Source of the DNA: Octopus sinensis | Taxonomy: Eukaryota | Reading direction: 5' to 3' | Length of the DNA: 64,000 nucleotides | Assembly (NCBI RefSeq): GCF_006345805.1 | Contig: NC_043013.1 | Coordinates: 50,716,001-50,780,000, forward strand | Shown: in pieces, positions 12,220 through 25,920 of the stretch | Layout: each line of letters opens with the position of its first letter | Numbering within the stretch: position 1 is the stretch's first letter | Notes under the pieces: generated by a model | The model's input: the letters and a program-made list of their open reading frames with translations, nothing else | What the model was told of the DNA's origin: nothing | Database searches by the model: none | Position numbers and translations under genes: made by a program

Positions 12220-13620
12220 ATATCGAGGTCTCTTCCATTCTTTAATTGTCTTACCATTTTTATCAATATATATATATATATATAAATGTATGTGTATTCT
12301 TTCAATGTGTACAAATAACACGGAAAAAAAAAATAAATAGTTACCAGGGTAACAAAAATTCACATAAGTGCCAAGGATATTACAGCCTACTTATGAAGGT
12401 GGAAATTCCAGGGTTAAGTGAAATGTTTTTGTATAACGTAGATAAATTAAGAAATGGAGTCAAACACAGGTGATATTCAAACGATTTTTACTTCCAACAT
12501 ATGTTTCGAAGAAAGCACTGAGATTATTCCGGAGGGAATAAAAATGATGTAAGACAATGTAATCATCTCGTCAGGGAAAAAAGGGAAGCAAAACTCATTA
12601 GTAAGTCATTTTAACCAAATGTGATTACTGTGTAATGGTTTGAACCACACCTCTGTTTGACTCCATTTCTTAATTGATATATATATAGGTTGAAACATTT
12701 GTATTGATCAATAAACATTCTTGTACCTTCCATCTCTCTCATTAACCAAATATATATGTATGTGTGTGTGCATGCATGCATGCATGCGCGTGTGTATGTG
12801 TGTATGATGTTTAGATTGGTTAAAATATGCTGTTTGTGACATACTCCAACTTCTGAAGGCAATTCATTCCAGTTACCATTGCGTAACAATTCTTTCTTAT
12901 GGTGAAAAGGAGTCAAAGCACCATATCTGTCCAGTGGTGCCCCTGTTGGATTCCCTGACATGTTTCTGGCTCTTTGGAAGCTTTTCTTTTAAGGATATTA
13001 TACCAAAGAGACAAACTATATCTGACATTCAGTCTTTTTCAATCCAGGATTTTTCTTATTTTCTCTTAATCCTTTAAGTTTAGTTAGAAGCAATAGAATT
13101 CCTAAATCCATGAGTTCCTTAATGTTGCAAGACACTCATTGTCTCTTCATCAGAGTGAAGTAATGGTTACAACAGTGTGATTTCCTGTAGATCACAAATA
13201 CTCAAAGGAATATTCTCATAACTTTTAAGTCATTAGCATTGATAACATTTCATTGACATTCTCATTTTGTTAACATTTATAATTGTTTCATTGACACAAC
13301 CACCATATTCAACAAATTTTTCTATTTAATGGGGTATCTAGTAACTACTCTATCTTCCACACTTATATATTTCACTACAATTTTAACATTATATGCATTT
13401 GAGATGGTTTTCAAAAGTGCCAAACCATTCAGAAAATCTTCCATCATTTTCCTCTTTTCTCCGTATTGTTGCAAGCAAACATACCTATTTATCATGTTGG
13501 TGTTAAAATTTTGATGGAGTGGGTGATAGATATGATGGTGGTGAGGTCACAAACGAAGGTATGAGAAGCTGAGTTTAAGAGAGAATATGGACTTTGGATC
13601 ATGAGAGAAAGAAAGAAAGA

Positions 13621-13830
13621 TAAGGCGATGAGCTGACAGAAACGTTAGCATGCCGGGCGAAAAGCTTAGCAGTATTTCGTCTGCCGTTACGTTCTGAGTT
13701 CAAATTCCGCCGAGGTCAACTTTGCCTTTCATCCTTTTGGGGTCGATGTAATTGGCTTAATCCCTTTGTCTGTCCTTGTTTGTCCCCTCTGTGTTTAGCC
13801 CCTTGTGGGCAGTAAAGAAATAAGAAAGGG
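13621..13830 (+). mobile_element. SINE family B (taaggcggcgagctggcagaa...), full length
   Basis: tRNA-like head with gagttcaaattcc, central ctttgcctttcatccttttggggtcga domain, tail ccccttgtgggcagtaaagaaataag. Confidence 0.85.
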
Positions 13831-14439
13831 TGGGTAATTCTAAAAGACTGTGAGAAGAGAATGACAGACAGGGAGCAATTGAGCAAGAGGTGGATGTAGT
13901 GAGCGCTGAGCAGTGGCACAGGAGGAGCAGTAAGCAGCTGTGTTGTACATCTGTGGATAGATGAGAGAATAGGGAGATGATATGAAGGGTGTACCAGTAT
14001 AAGGAATGGGAAGGTGAAGAACTGTGGAAGTGATGGGAGTTAGAGGTACATAAGGGTGGCTGTAGTGAGTGGGGTGACAAAGATGGAGGGGTGTCGATGG
14101 TAGATATGAGAAAGGGGATCAAGAATGGTAGCTGATTGGAGAGGTGTTAAACATCAGGTATGGCAGACCTAAGATTTAACTGAAAGGGCAGGTGGAGCGG
14201 GGGTGGTGGTGGTGGAGATTATTGAAAGGCACAGAAAGAGGACAAAAGCAGTAGGGACCGGGATGATAATGAGAATAATGTAATAGTGCCAAAGGCGTGT
14301 GTGGGGGTGGGCGGGGCGTGGTGGGGACCCCCCCTCAAATGGTATCAGTAGCTGAGTGGTCCCATTGTTAGGAGAGTGATGGTGAGATGGTAGTTAGGAA
14401 GATGAGATGCGTTTAGGCGGTGGGGGGATAAGGCTGATG

Positions 14440-14700
14440 TGGGCAAAGTGGGTGTAGGGACTGCCATGGATGGGAATAAGCATAAGACTTTTAAGACCCC
14501 ATGTTTATTGCGATGGATGGGTCTTCTTGTGCCGAGCAGGTCACCAATCATTTCAATCCTTTGTTATCTCCTCAGTGAGGCTCGACAACTTGGGATCAAA
14601 CCTCACCATTTTGTCTCATGTCTTTCTGGGTCTCCTCTTCCATAAGTTTCACCCATTTTAAGCAACTGGTTCTTCTTTGTATGGCACGACAAAACCATGG
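14440..14700 (-). mobile_element. Decayed RTE ORF C-terminal fragment
   Basis: Reverse strand resembles the GRGRPRKTWDEVV..DL...LTEE.TKDR region of the 62880-64000 element. Confidence 0.55.
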
Positions 14701-14879
14701 TGCATACATACATACATACATACATACATACATACATACGTACGTATATACATACATACATACATACGTATATACATACATACATACATATATACATACA
14801 TACATACGTATATACATATGTGCATACATATGCATATATGCATGCTTCAAAAAGCAATTTATCATTTATACATCATTTT

Positions 14880-14920
<41 letters not shown>

Positions 14921-15584
14921 ATGTGTGTGTGTGTGTGTGTGTGGATATATATGTACATATATACAGAGAGAAAGAGAAAGAGATGTGTCTGTAAAGAAGT
15001 ACACGTATTTGTGTATGTATATGCATGCATGTATATATATTTATACACACACACACACACACACACACATGCCATCCACACATATGCAGGCAATAAATAT
15101 TAAAACACTTTAACCAAAGTTATGTGTTGACTTCATAATCTCAACGCAGAAACGTACAGGATTTTAAACTGCAAAAGACAGTCGACGGTCTTGGGTTGAC
15201 ATCTGTGATGTATGAACACCTTGTGGTGGTGGTGGTGGTGGTGGTGGTGGTGGTCGTAACTACTCAGGCATGAAACCACATTAAATCTGCTTATTTGAGG
15301 AAATACCAAACTTGTGCTCTCCATCATCATCATCATCATCATTATTATTATTGTTGTTGTTGTTCCTGTTGCCGTTCATATCTATTGTTTTGTGAGAAGA
15401 ATATGAAGTGGTTTTTTTTTTCGTTTTGGGTTCTGACATTTTCTCAGCAATCGAGGTGCAACCATTTTCTATAAATATGTCTTACTTCCAGCCAGTCCCA
15501 TCTTCTCTTCTAATCTATCCATCCATCTAACCATTCTGTTGGTGCCTCTGTTTGTATGTGTGTGGGGGAGGATGTGTCCATGTA

Positions 15585-16500
15585 TCTTTCTTTCTTCTTT
15601 CCTTTCTGTTTTTTCTTTCTTTTCTGTCTTTTCTTTTTTCTTTCTTTTCTCTCTTCTTTCCTTTCTTTCTTCTTTCCTTTCTCTCTTCTTTCCTTTTTCT
15701 CTTCTTTCCTTTCTGTCTTTTCTTTCTTTCCTTTCTCTCTTCTGTCCTTTCTTTCTTTCCTTTCTTTCTTCTTTCTTTCTTCTTTCCTTTCTGTCTTTTC
15801 TTTCTTCTTTCCCTTCTCTCTTCTTTCCTTTCTCTCTTCTTTCCTTTCTCTCTTCTTTCCTTTCTTTCTTCTTTCCTTTCTCTCTTCTTTCCTTTCTCTC
15901 TTTCCTTCTGTCTTTTCTCTTTCTTTCTTCTCCTTTTCCTTTCTGTCCTTCTTCTTTCTTTCTTCTTCTTTCTTTGTATTTTCTTTCTGTCTTTTCTTTC
16001 TTCTTTCCTTCTCTCTTCTTTCCTTTCTATCTTCTTTCCTTTCTCTTCTTCCTTTCTTCTTCTTTACTTTCTCTAGTCTTTCCTTTCTCTTCTTTCCTTT
16101 CTTCTCGTCTTTCCTTTCTCTCTTCTTTCCTTTCTTTCTTCTTTCCTTTCTTCTTTTTCTTTCCTCTGTTTTTCTCCTCTCATTCCTTTCTTTCTTCTCT
16201 CATTCCTTTCTTTCCTCATTCTTCCATCTTTCCTTTTCTCTCCCTCTCTCTCTGTTTCTCTCTTCTCCTTTTTCTTTCCTTTTTGTTTCTTTCCCTCTCA
16301 TTCCTTTCTTTCTCAATTTCTTCATTCTTCCTTCCTTCCTTCCTTTTCTCTCTGTCTCTCTGTTTCTTTGTTCTTTTCCTTTTTCCTTCCTTCCTTTTTA
16401 TTTCTTTCTCCTCTCATTCTTTTCTTTCTATCGTTCTTCATCTTTCCTTCCTTCCTTCCTTTTTGTTATTTTCTCTCTCTATATGTTCTCTATTCTTCTC
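15585..16500. repeat. Polypyrimidine low-complexity array (tttctctcttctttcc-type subunits)
   Basis: Almost exclusively C/T on the + strand. Confidence 0.95.
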
Positions 16501-17440
16501 ATTTTTATTCTTCTTCCTTCTTTTGTTCTTTTTTCCCTTTGCTTTGTTCCTTTTTCTTTCTCTCTTCCCTTTTTCCATGATTGATTGATTCATTTATTCT
16601 TCTTCCTCTTTTGTTCTTCTTTTCCCTTTGCTTTGTTCCTTTTTCTTTCTCTCTCCCTTTTTCATTGATTGATTGATTCTTTCTTTCTTCTCCTCCTTTT
16701 GTTCTTTCTTTCTTCCCTTTGCTTTGTTCCTTTTTCTTTCTCTCTTCCATTTTTCCATTGATTGATTGATTCATTTCTTTCCTTCTCCTTCCTTTTGTTC
16801 TTTCTTCCCTGTTGCTGTTCCTTTTTCTTTCTCTCTTCCCCTTTTCACATGATTGATTGATTCATTTCTTTACTTCTTCCTCTTTGTTCTTTCTTTTTCC
16901 TTTGCTTTGTTCCTTTTTCTTTCTCTCTTCCCTTTTTCCATTGATTGATGATTCATTTCTTTCCTTCTTCCTTCCTTTTGTTCTTTTTCTTCCTTTGCTT
17001 TGTTCCTTTTTCTTTCTCTCTTCCCCTTTTTCCATTGATTGATTGATTCATTTCTTTCCTTCTTCCTTCCTTTTGTTCTTTCTTTCTTCCCTTTGCTTTG
17101 TTCCTTTTTCTTTCTCTCTTCCCTTTTTCCATTGATTGATTGATTCATTTCTTTCCTTCTTCCTTCCTTTTGTTCTTTCTTTCTTCCCTTTGCTTTGTTC
17201 CTTTTTCTTTCTCTCTTCCCTTTTTCCATTGATTGATTGATTCATTTCTTTCCTTCTTCCTTCCTTTTGTTCTTTCTTTCTTCCCTTTGCTTTGTTCCTT
17301 TTTCTTTCTCTCTTCCCTTTTTCCATTGATTGATTGATTCATTTCTTTCCTTCTTCCTTCCTTTTGTTCTTTCTTTCTTCCCTTTGCTTTGTTCCTTTTT
17401 CTTTCTCTCTTCCCTTTTTCCATTGATTGATTGATTCATT

Positions 17441-17528
<88 letters not shown>

Positions 17529-17560
17529 TCCTTCTTTCTTTCTTTCTTTCTTTCTTTCTT
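16500..17560. repeat. ~97-bp pyrimidine-rich minisatellite (~10 units) ending in (TTTC)n
   Basis: Marker attgattgattgattcatt recurs near 16580, 16665, 16757, 16851, 16941, 17035, 17130, 17227, 17324 and 17421. Confidence 0.95.
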
Positions 17561-18439
17561 CACAATCCCATCCACCCATCCTATTGGTGTCCACACACGT
17601 CCTTGTAGCATGCATATGCGTGTGTGTGTGTTTGTTTATATCTATACACAATAAATCTGTAAATAACCATATTATTAACATTACACACACACACACAAAA
17701 TGATGTATATGTATATACATACATACATATATATTTATACATCAACACTTATAAGTGTGTGTGTGAGTGTGTGCATGTGTCTATATGTATATGTATCTGT
17801 GCATTTCTGTATATGTATATAAGTGTATATATCTATGTGTTTATATGCCTATGCATATATGTGTGAATATGTGTATAATACACACAGACACACATTGCAT
17901 ATTTCAGCATACACACACACACACACTGGTATAGTTAGAATCAGCACTTTTGTGTGTGTAAAAAATATATATCTGTCTGTCTGTATACACACACACAATT
18001 TGATCTTTTTTGGGCTACAAACTTAAAATTTTAAAATTATTTACTCAATTTAAGGAAAAAAAAAAACAAAAGAAAAAACAAAAAAAGCACGGAAAACAAA
18101 AAAACAAAAAGCAAAATCAAAGCAAAAAGTCGAGAACTAAACAAATTTTTAGATCTTGAAATAAAATCTCAAATTAAATTGAAATAAATTTTAATCTCAA
18201 AATTCTTTAGAAATTACATTAATTCGTTTTTGTTTTTTGTTTTTTTTTTCTCAAAACTTTGAATACAAATTAATAAAGCAACAACAAGAAGAACAATGAC
18301 AACATCAGCAACTGTTGTAAACGAGTCAGGTTGGTGCTCGTTGTAATAGGATCTTCAAACACTGGTGTTAACCGGATTAACTAAGTAATAAATTGGACGG
18401 TTTAGTATTACATATGGATTAGGTATTACAAGGGATGGG

Positions 18440-19405
18440 CATCGTTATCATCATCACTATTGTCATCATCATCATCATCATCATCATCATCACCATTCTG
18501 ATCATCATCTTCATCATCGTCTTGATTATCATCCTCATCATCATCATTCTCCTCCTCCATTCCATCATTCTCCTCCTTTCCATCATTCTCCTCCTCCATT
18601 CCATCATTCTCCTCCTCCTCCTCTCCATCATTCTCCTCCTCCTCGTCTCCATCAGTCTCCTCCTCTCCATCATTCTCCTCCTCCATTCCATCATTCTCCT
18701 CCTCCATTCCATCATTCTCCTCCTCCTCTCCATTTCCTTCTCCTCTCCATCATTCTCCTCCTCCTCTCCATAATTCTCCTCCTCCTCCTCTCCATCATTC
18801 TCCTCCTCCTCGTCTCCATCAGTCTCCTCCTCTCCATCATTCTCCTCCTCCTCTCCATCATTTCCTTCTCCTCCTCCTCTCCATCATTCTCCTCCTCCTC
18901 CTCTTCTCCATCATCGTCATCATTCTCATCATCATTATAATCATCATCATCCTCATTCTCATCACCGTCTTCCTCAGCATTGTGATGATTCTCATTCTCA
19001 TCAGCTTCAGCATCAGCATCATCTTATCATCATCATCATCATTCTCTTCCTTCTCCTCCTCGCCATCATTGTCATTGTTTTCATCATCATTATCATTGTC
19101 ATCATTGTCACCATTGTATTATCATCATCGTTCTCCTCCTCTTCCTCATCATCATTGTGATTGTCACCATCATCATCATCATTGTCATCATCATCCACCT
19201 TGTCGTCATCATCATCATCATTATCATCATAATCGGCATCATCATCACCATTGTCATTATCATTATTATTATCATTATCATCACCATCACCATTATCACC
19301 AGTCTCCTTGTCATTGCCATCATCATCATCATTGTTATCCTCCTCCTCCTCCTCCTCATCATCATCATGATCCTCATCATTATCGTTCTCATCATTGTCA
19401 TTTTC
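18440..19405. repeat. (CAT)n/(CCT)n compound repeat with ccatcattctcctcctc units
   Basis: Direct inspection. Confidence 0.9.
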
Positions 19406-19881
19406 ATCTGTGCATTTTCCATGCTGGCATGGATTGGACGAGACTTGTTCATGGCCACATGCTGTCTTGAATGCTGGCCATCCCCACTGCTTTAAAGAAA
19501 ACTTGTTTTTGTCGAATCATTTTACCCCATGGCACGTATGCCATGCATAAACACATGGTGTACATACAGTGGACATAGCACACATCCCTCAATATTGCAC
19601 CTCCACTCGGTCAAAGGGTTTTGTCTTGCAATTAGCTTAGGAACTAAGCTAATTAAGCCAATGCTGGTGCCTTGAAAATACACCCAGCATGCTCTATGAA
19701 GAGGTTGGTACTCAGAAGAATGTATAACCATAGGAACCATGCTAAAGCAGACACTGGAACCTAATGCAGTCTTCTGGTTTCTTGGCTGCTGTTGAACCAT
19801 TCTGTCCATGTCAACATGGAGTACAGAGGATAAATGTTGGTGATGTTGCTGATATGTATATGTCATGTCCTGCATTTTGGT

Positions 19882-20057
19882 GACATATTTCGTCGTTTCT
19901 GTGGGACTGACCTGAATTGCGTACCTCGCTGACTGACATTACTGACTGTGTCAGTCCACTGGTCAACTACTAATAAATAGTGGACTGACACAGTCAGTAA
20001 TGTCAGTCAGCGAGGTACGCTGTTCAGGTCAGTCCTGCAGAAATGACAAAATATGTC
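19882..20057. repeat. Long inverted repeat: 42-bp perfect core, 18-nt loop, ~79-bp imperfect arms
   Basis: 19919-19960 is the exact reverse complement of 19979-20020. Confidence 0.95.
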
Positions 20058-20075
20058 CACTTCCTGAGCATTAAA

Positions 20076-20228
20076 CTAATACATCTGTTTGTTTTTGTAC
20101 ACCACCTGTCTTCGTCTTTTGTTTTTTTGTGAATTCTCCCCATATATATATATATATATATATAGGGAGAGTTTATGAAAAAACAAAAGACGAAGACAGG
20201 TGGTGTACAAAACAAACAGATGTATTAG
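20076..20228. repeat. Inverted repeat centred on (TA)n
   Basis: ctaatacatctgtttg...ttctccc (TA)n gggaga...caaacagatgtattag. Confidence 0.9.
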
Positions 20229-20439
20229 TATAACGCTGATGTATTAGTATAAGCTAAACAGATGTATTAGTATAAGCTAATTGCAAGACAAAACTCATTG
20301 AAACCATGGCAAAACAAATGATTGGAGCCTGGTGTGGCTCCTGGCCATTTCCTGTTAAACCATCCAATCCATGCCGGAAGGAAAATGGACAGTAAATGAT
20401 GATGATGATGACAATGATGATTTTGTACTATTCATGCAT

Positions 20440-20592
20440 TATCTCATGGCTTTGAAATTTCAACGATGTAATTGTTTAGTTTTAGAATGGCATCAAAGGG
20501 TAGGTGTGAAAGGCCTGATCTGGCCTGTTTGTTCATAAAACAGTTAAAATATTTGGGTCAGACATGGCCAATTTAAATGCTAAAGAGTTAAA
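20440..20592. mobile_element. Short interspersed repeat ending aaagagttaa (probable non-autonomous DNA element); related copy at 34275-34428
   Basis: Both copies share atctcatggctttgaaatt...gggtaggtgtga..ggcc...tttaaat(g/a)ctaaag(a/g)gtt(a/g)a. Confidence 0.55.
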
Positions 20593-22099
20593 AGTAGTTT
20601 TGTATTTTTGCTTTTCTTAAGTGGATTGATAACAGTCAAACATACTCCACTTCAGAAGTGTATTAACTAGTAACATTAGTATTTATATCTGGTAAATAAA
20701 ATTATCTTATTTACTTTTCTTCATTTAATTTTCTTCCTGTAAGCATTATACTGTATACATACTGCACCATGATATATTTTAAGTGGATTAACGAATATTA
20801 AGCAGGCCTTGCTTTAAAAGTGCATTAATTTGAATCTTAAAAAAAATTTTGTTCTTTACGTAGTGTATTAATATACTTTAAGTATGTATTTAGAGTGTCC
20901 TCTGAAGACTGGAAAAATCTATAAATCTGGGACACTTTCGGCCCCATGATTCCCAGGTACTGTATAGTATATCTCATCATGATTTAAATGCTTTTGATCG
21001 TATGCCTGCTTGATCAGGGCTAAATTGGTGCTAAAAAGAAAACAATAACAATAACAACGTAATATACACAAAGTAAAAAAAACAAAACTTAATGGTGTCT
21101 CTAAACAAATGTTTGTTTTGGTCCAGCGTTGGTTCCACTCTGAAATATCATTAACAATTAAGTAATTTCTGAAACAATATTTTCTCTTCAATTTTTTCAT
21201 TTTTCTCTCTATATATACCAACATAAAATTGTATATATGTACATATATATATGGACATAGTATAATGAATATATATATATATAATATATATATATATATA
21301 TCACATATACATAAAATAATGAAAACACACACAGACACAGACACACACACACACACACATATATATCATAGATAAGCCACCTTGAAAATAAGGGATCTGA
21401 CTGTCAGAAGAATCTGTTTTTGATACAACTCTTTTTCTTTTTTTTTCTTTTTTCTTTTAATTTTTTTTCCCATCTTTTTGCTATGGCTAGATTATCCATT
21501 GATATGGCTTTCCAATCCCTCGAGAAGAGGTCTATAATAATAAAACAAAATAACATGCAAACGAACAAACACTTAAAACCCTCTGTCAAGGGTTTCATGT
21601 ATAACAACAACAATTATGTCTGCTAAAACCCTTCTTTCTGGACCTCACACATGCTGCTTGCTCCAATCAATGGCAGTTTGTTCTCCTGAAACATCTTGGG
21701 AGTGGGTGGGGTCGGGCAGGCGGGTGGGTGACTGGGTGGATTTTTTTTTAATTTCTTTCTTTTTTTTTGTGAATTCTTTTTTTTTTATTCTATAAAACCA
21801 AGCAAAAATCAAAAGAAACATGAAATTATTAAAAGTGGGGATGGATGAAACTACAATAAAAAAAATGGTAAGAAACACAAAAAAACCCTACAAAAAACAA
21901 AAAACTAAAGCAAATTCCAAACTTCCAGTTGTACATGTCAGTCTTGTTCATTGGGAGATGGACGTTGGTGATGAAACTTGTTGATAACAACACTAACACG
22001 ATGTTCGCAGATGTGTTTGCGTGCATTTGTCTATTCTGTATATTTGCGTGTGTTTGACTCTGTGTGTGTGTGTGCTTGCATGTGGGTGTATGGTTACTC

Positions 22100-22497
22100 T
22101 TACTCTTTTACTTGTTTCAGTCATTTGACTGTGGCCATGCTGCAGCACCGCCTTTAGTCGAGCAACTCGACCCCGGGACTTATTCTTTGTAAGCCCAGTA
22201 CTTATTCTATCGGTCTCTTTTGCCGAACCGCTAAGTGACGGACACATAAACACACCAGCATCGGTTGTCAAGCAATGCTAGGGGGACAAACACAGACACA
22301 CAAACATATACATATATATATATAAATATATACGACAGGCTTCTTTCAGTTTCTGTCTACCAAATCCACTCACAAGGCATTGGTTGGCCCGGGGCTATAG
22401 CAGAAGACACTTGCCCAAGGTGCCACGCAGTGTGACTGAACCTGGAACCATGTGGTTGGTAAACAAGCTACTTACCACACAGCCACTCCTGTGCCTA
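22100..22497 (-). mobile_element. SINE family A, full length, little diverged
   Basis: Complete head, microsatellite and tail; nearly identical to 41705-42102. Confidence 0.92.
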
Positions 22498-22922
22498 TCC
22501 AGTGTTGTGAGTGTTTGTGGGTATTTGACTGTGTAAGCACATGAGCTTATGTATCATCATCATCATCATCATCATCATCAACATTTTGCGTCTGTTTTCC
22601 ATGCTGGTATGGGTTGGACGGTTTGACAAGAACTTGCAAACCAGGGTGTTGTACCGGGTTCCATTTGACCGTTTTGGCATGGGCTCTACAGCTGGTTACC
22701 CTTCCTAATGCCAAACACTTTACAGAATATACTGGGTCCTTTTTTTTATGTGGCACCAGCTCAGGTGTTTCTTATGTGGTACCACACGGGTGCTTTTATG
22801 TATTTTTCTTCTGTGTGTGTGTGTGTGTATGTGTGTGTGTGCTTATATGTAGATGTACGTATATCTATGGTTGTGTGTGCTTGTGTGTATTTGTCTCTGC
22901 ATATTTCACTGTATTTAAGCAT

Positions 22923-22960
<38 letters not shown>

Positions 22961-23286
22961 TATATGACTATGTTTGTATAGGTAAGTGTATATAAGTGAG
23001 TGTCCACATGTGCATGTGTGTATAAGAATATGATTGTCCATCTGTGCTTGTATAATTACCTCCTATATGTAACTGAATGTGTGTGTGTGTTTATATGTCA
23101 ATATGAATGTCCTTGTGTGTGTGTATGATTGTCTATTCATATATATGTAGGAATAGGTAATTATACATGCACATATATATGTATAAGTAGTTAAATGTGT
23201 GTGTGCCCACATGTATATATGTGAATATATATATATCCTTGTGTGTGTATGATTGTCTATTTATATATATATAATATATATATATA

Positions 23287-23498
23287 GTTAATCCAAACAT
23301 GAAAACACAAAGAGAAAACACAACAACGCGAGGACGTGGAACAAATATAGTATTATTGGACGCTCAGGAAAGAAGGGAAGAAGGAGTGTTTTACGTTTCG
23401 AGCGGAGCTCTTCGTCGGAAACATAGGAAAAGGAAAGATCCAGAGAAGGGAAGATGGAGGAAAATTGCCAACGGTACACACGTGGTCACATTTTGAAT
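23287..23498 (-). mobile_element. PLE-like terminal remnant carrying a minimal hammerhead motif (23387-23423)
   Basis: Minus strand UGUUU-CCGACGA-A-GAGC-UCC-GCUC-GAAA-CG-U-A-AAACA, with palindromic ACGU stem III. Confidence 0.65.
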
Positions 23499-24769
23499 GA
23501 CCGTCCTCATGTGTATATATATTTGTCTATATATGATTATCTATCTATGATTGTCTATATATAAGTGGAAATATGTGTGTGTCTGGGCATGTATGTATAT
23601 GAATATGAATATTTCTTTGTATGTATGTATGGTCATCTGTTTGTATATGTATATGAACATAAGTGTGTGTCTGTGTGGTCTGTGTATGGGCCTCATTGTG
23701 TGTGTGTGTGTGTGTATGCATGTATGTTTATGCCTATATGTCTGTGGAGAGACAACTGTGCAATAGGTATGTGAGTGAGTTTGTACGTGTATGTACATCT
23801 GTATGAACATATGAGTGTGTTTATGAGTGTGTGTGTGTGTGTGTTCATGTGCATATGTTTATATGCTTATGTGTATATATGTATATATGTGTTATTTTTT
23901 AAATATTCTTTTGTTATTGTTTTTTTCTTTTTTGTTTCTTTCTTTTTCAATGAGTTAATGGGGGGACGAAGAGTTAAGTGGTGGAGGTGAACTATAAAGT
24001 AATTAATTATAGACCACATGTCTGCCGTGTGTGTGTGTGTGTGTGTGTGTAATTGTATATATGTATATGAGTGTGTATATATACATATGTATATGTGTAT
24101 ATATAAGTATATATGTTTATGTATATATATGTGTGTGTGCATGTATATATATACACACATACATATACTTACATATATGTATATATACATACATATATAT
24201 GTATGTATATGTGTGTGTGTATATATATAAGTATATTTATGTATATGTGTGTATATATATATATATATGTAAGTATATATGTGTGTGTGTATGTATGCGT
24301 GTGTGTGTATATATATATGTACACACACACATATATATATACACATATATATGTGTACACACACACACACATATATATATACATATACATACATGTATAT
24401 ATAATGTATGTACATGTAATTAGTCATTATATTATTATCTATTGTTTTTAATTAACAACAACAAGAACAACAATCTCTCCACCGGCTACTCGGACAATAA
24501 CCTCTGGACAATACTAGGACAACAACAACATCAACAACAATACAGTTATGTCTCTGTCTGTGTGTCTGTTTGGACATGGACTACTTGTAGTGTCATTCAT
24601 TGTTACAAGTATTGGCCTCCCCTCACCCCACCTCCCACCATGCCCACCATGACCATCACCACTTTCTTCTGCCTCTACCTCCTCCTCTTCGTATCTCCCT
24701 CCTGCTCCTCATGTAAGTTTACTATTAATTAAGAAGGTATATTGTCAGGAAGTCCGGTGATGCAGGGTG

Positions 24770-25920
24770 GGGTGGGGGAGACAACAGTGTTGGCGGTAGT
24801 GGTGGCGGTGGTGGTGTTGGTGACAGTGGTTGTGGTGAAGGTGGAGGTGGTAATGGTGGTATGGTGTGGTGGTGATGATAGTAGTGATGTGGTGGTGGTG
24901 GTGGTGTAGTGGTGACGATGGTAGTGATGTGGTGGTGGTTGTGGTTGTCGTGGTGGTGGTGTTGGTTGTGGTGGTTGTAATGGTGCTGAAAGTGGCGGTG
25001 GTAAAAGTAGAGGTAGTGATAGTGATGGTGGGGTGGGTGGTGGTGGTAGTGGTGGTGACTGGTAGTAGTAGTGGTGGTAGTTTGACAAAGTACAAACTAG
25101 CAAAGTGTCACAACACTCAGACACACACACAAAATCATGCATATATCCACACAAATACATCTACATGTAAACGCATGCTGCCATATACACACATATACAC
25201 ATGAACACATATAAACACACACATACATACATATAAGCACATATATTTATACATATACACACATGCTCATTCACATATACATATTCACATACATGATTCA
25301 CCATACATACATACACACGCATGCACATGCACACAAATACACATACATGCATACATGCACACACATGCATACATGCACACAAATATATACACACACACAC
25401 ACATATTTACATACATACATTTATGCATGCATCCATCCATCCACACACACACACACACATACATACATACATACATATATATTCCTTAACGATTTCTCGT
25501 TAACGGCCTTGAATAACTACATCTACATCACTTCCACTTCCATCCCCACCATCACCACCACCGCCATACCACCACCAGCACCACTGCCATACCACTACCG
25601 CCACACCACTACCGCCGCCACACCACCACCACCACCAGCACCACTGCCATATCACCACCGTCACACCACCACCACCGTCACACCACCACCACCGCCACAC
25701 CACCACCGCCGCCACATCACCACCACCACCGCCGCCACATCACCACCACCACCACACCACCACCACCATCACCACCACCACCACCACCGCCACACCACTA
25801 CCACTACCCCCACCATTATTATCCATTCATACTCACTGCCCTCACCATAGCTGTCCCATCATTGTCACTCACCACCACCACAACCACCACCACCACCACT
25901 ACCCATCATCATCACCATCA
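24770..25920. repeat. (GGT)n tract, CA-rich spacer, (CAC)n tract
   Basis: Direct inspection. Confidence 0.9.

Noticed and set aside
15539-16588. 349-aa and 342-aa F/L/S-rich ORFs
   Set aside because: A polypyrimidine tract cannot contain stop codons; this is a compositional artefact.
24770-25920. (GGT)n and (CAC)n tracts as a functional inverted repeat
   Set aside because: Complementarity is only low-complexity; there is no unique shared sequence or element boundary.
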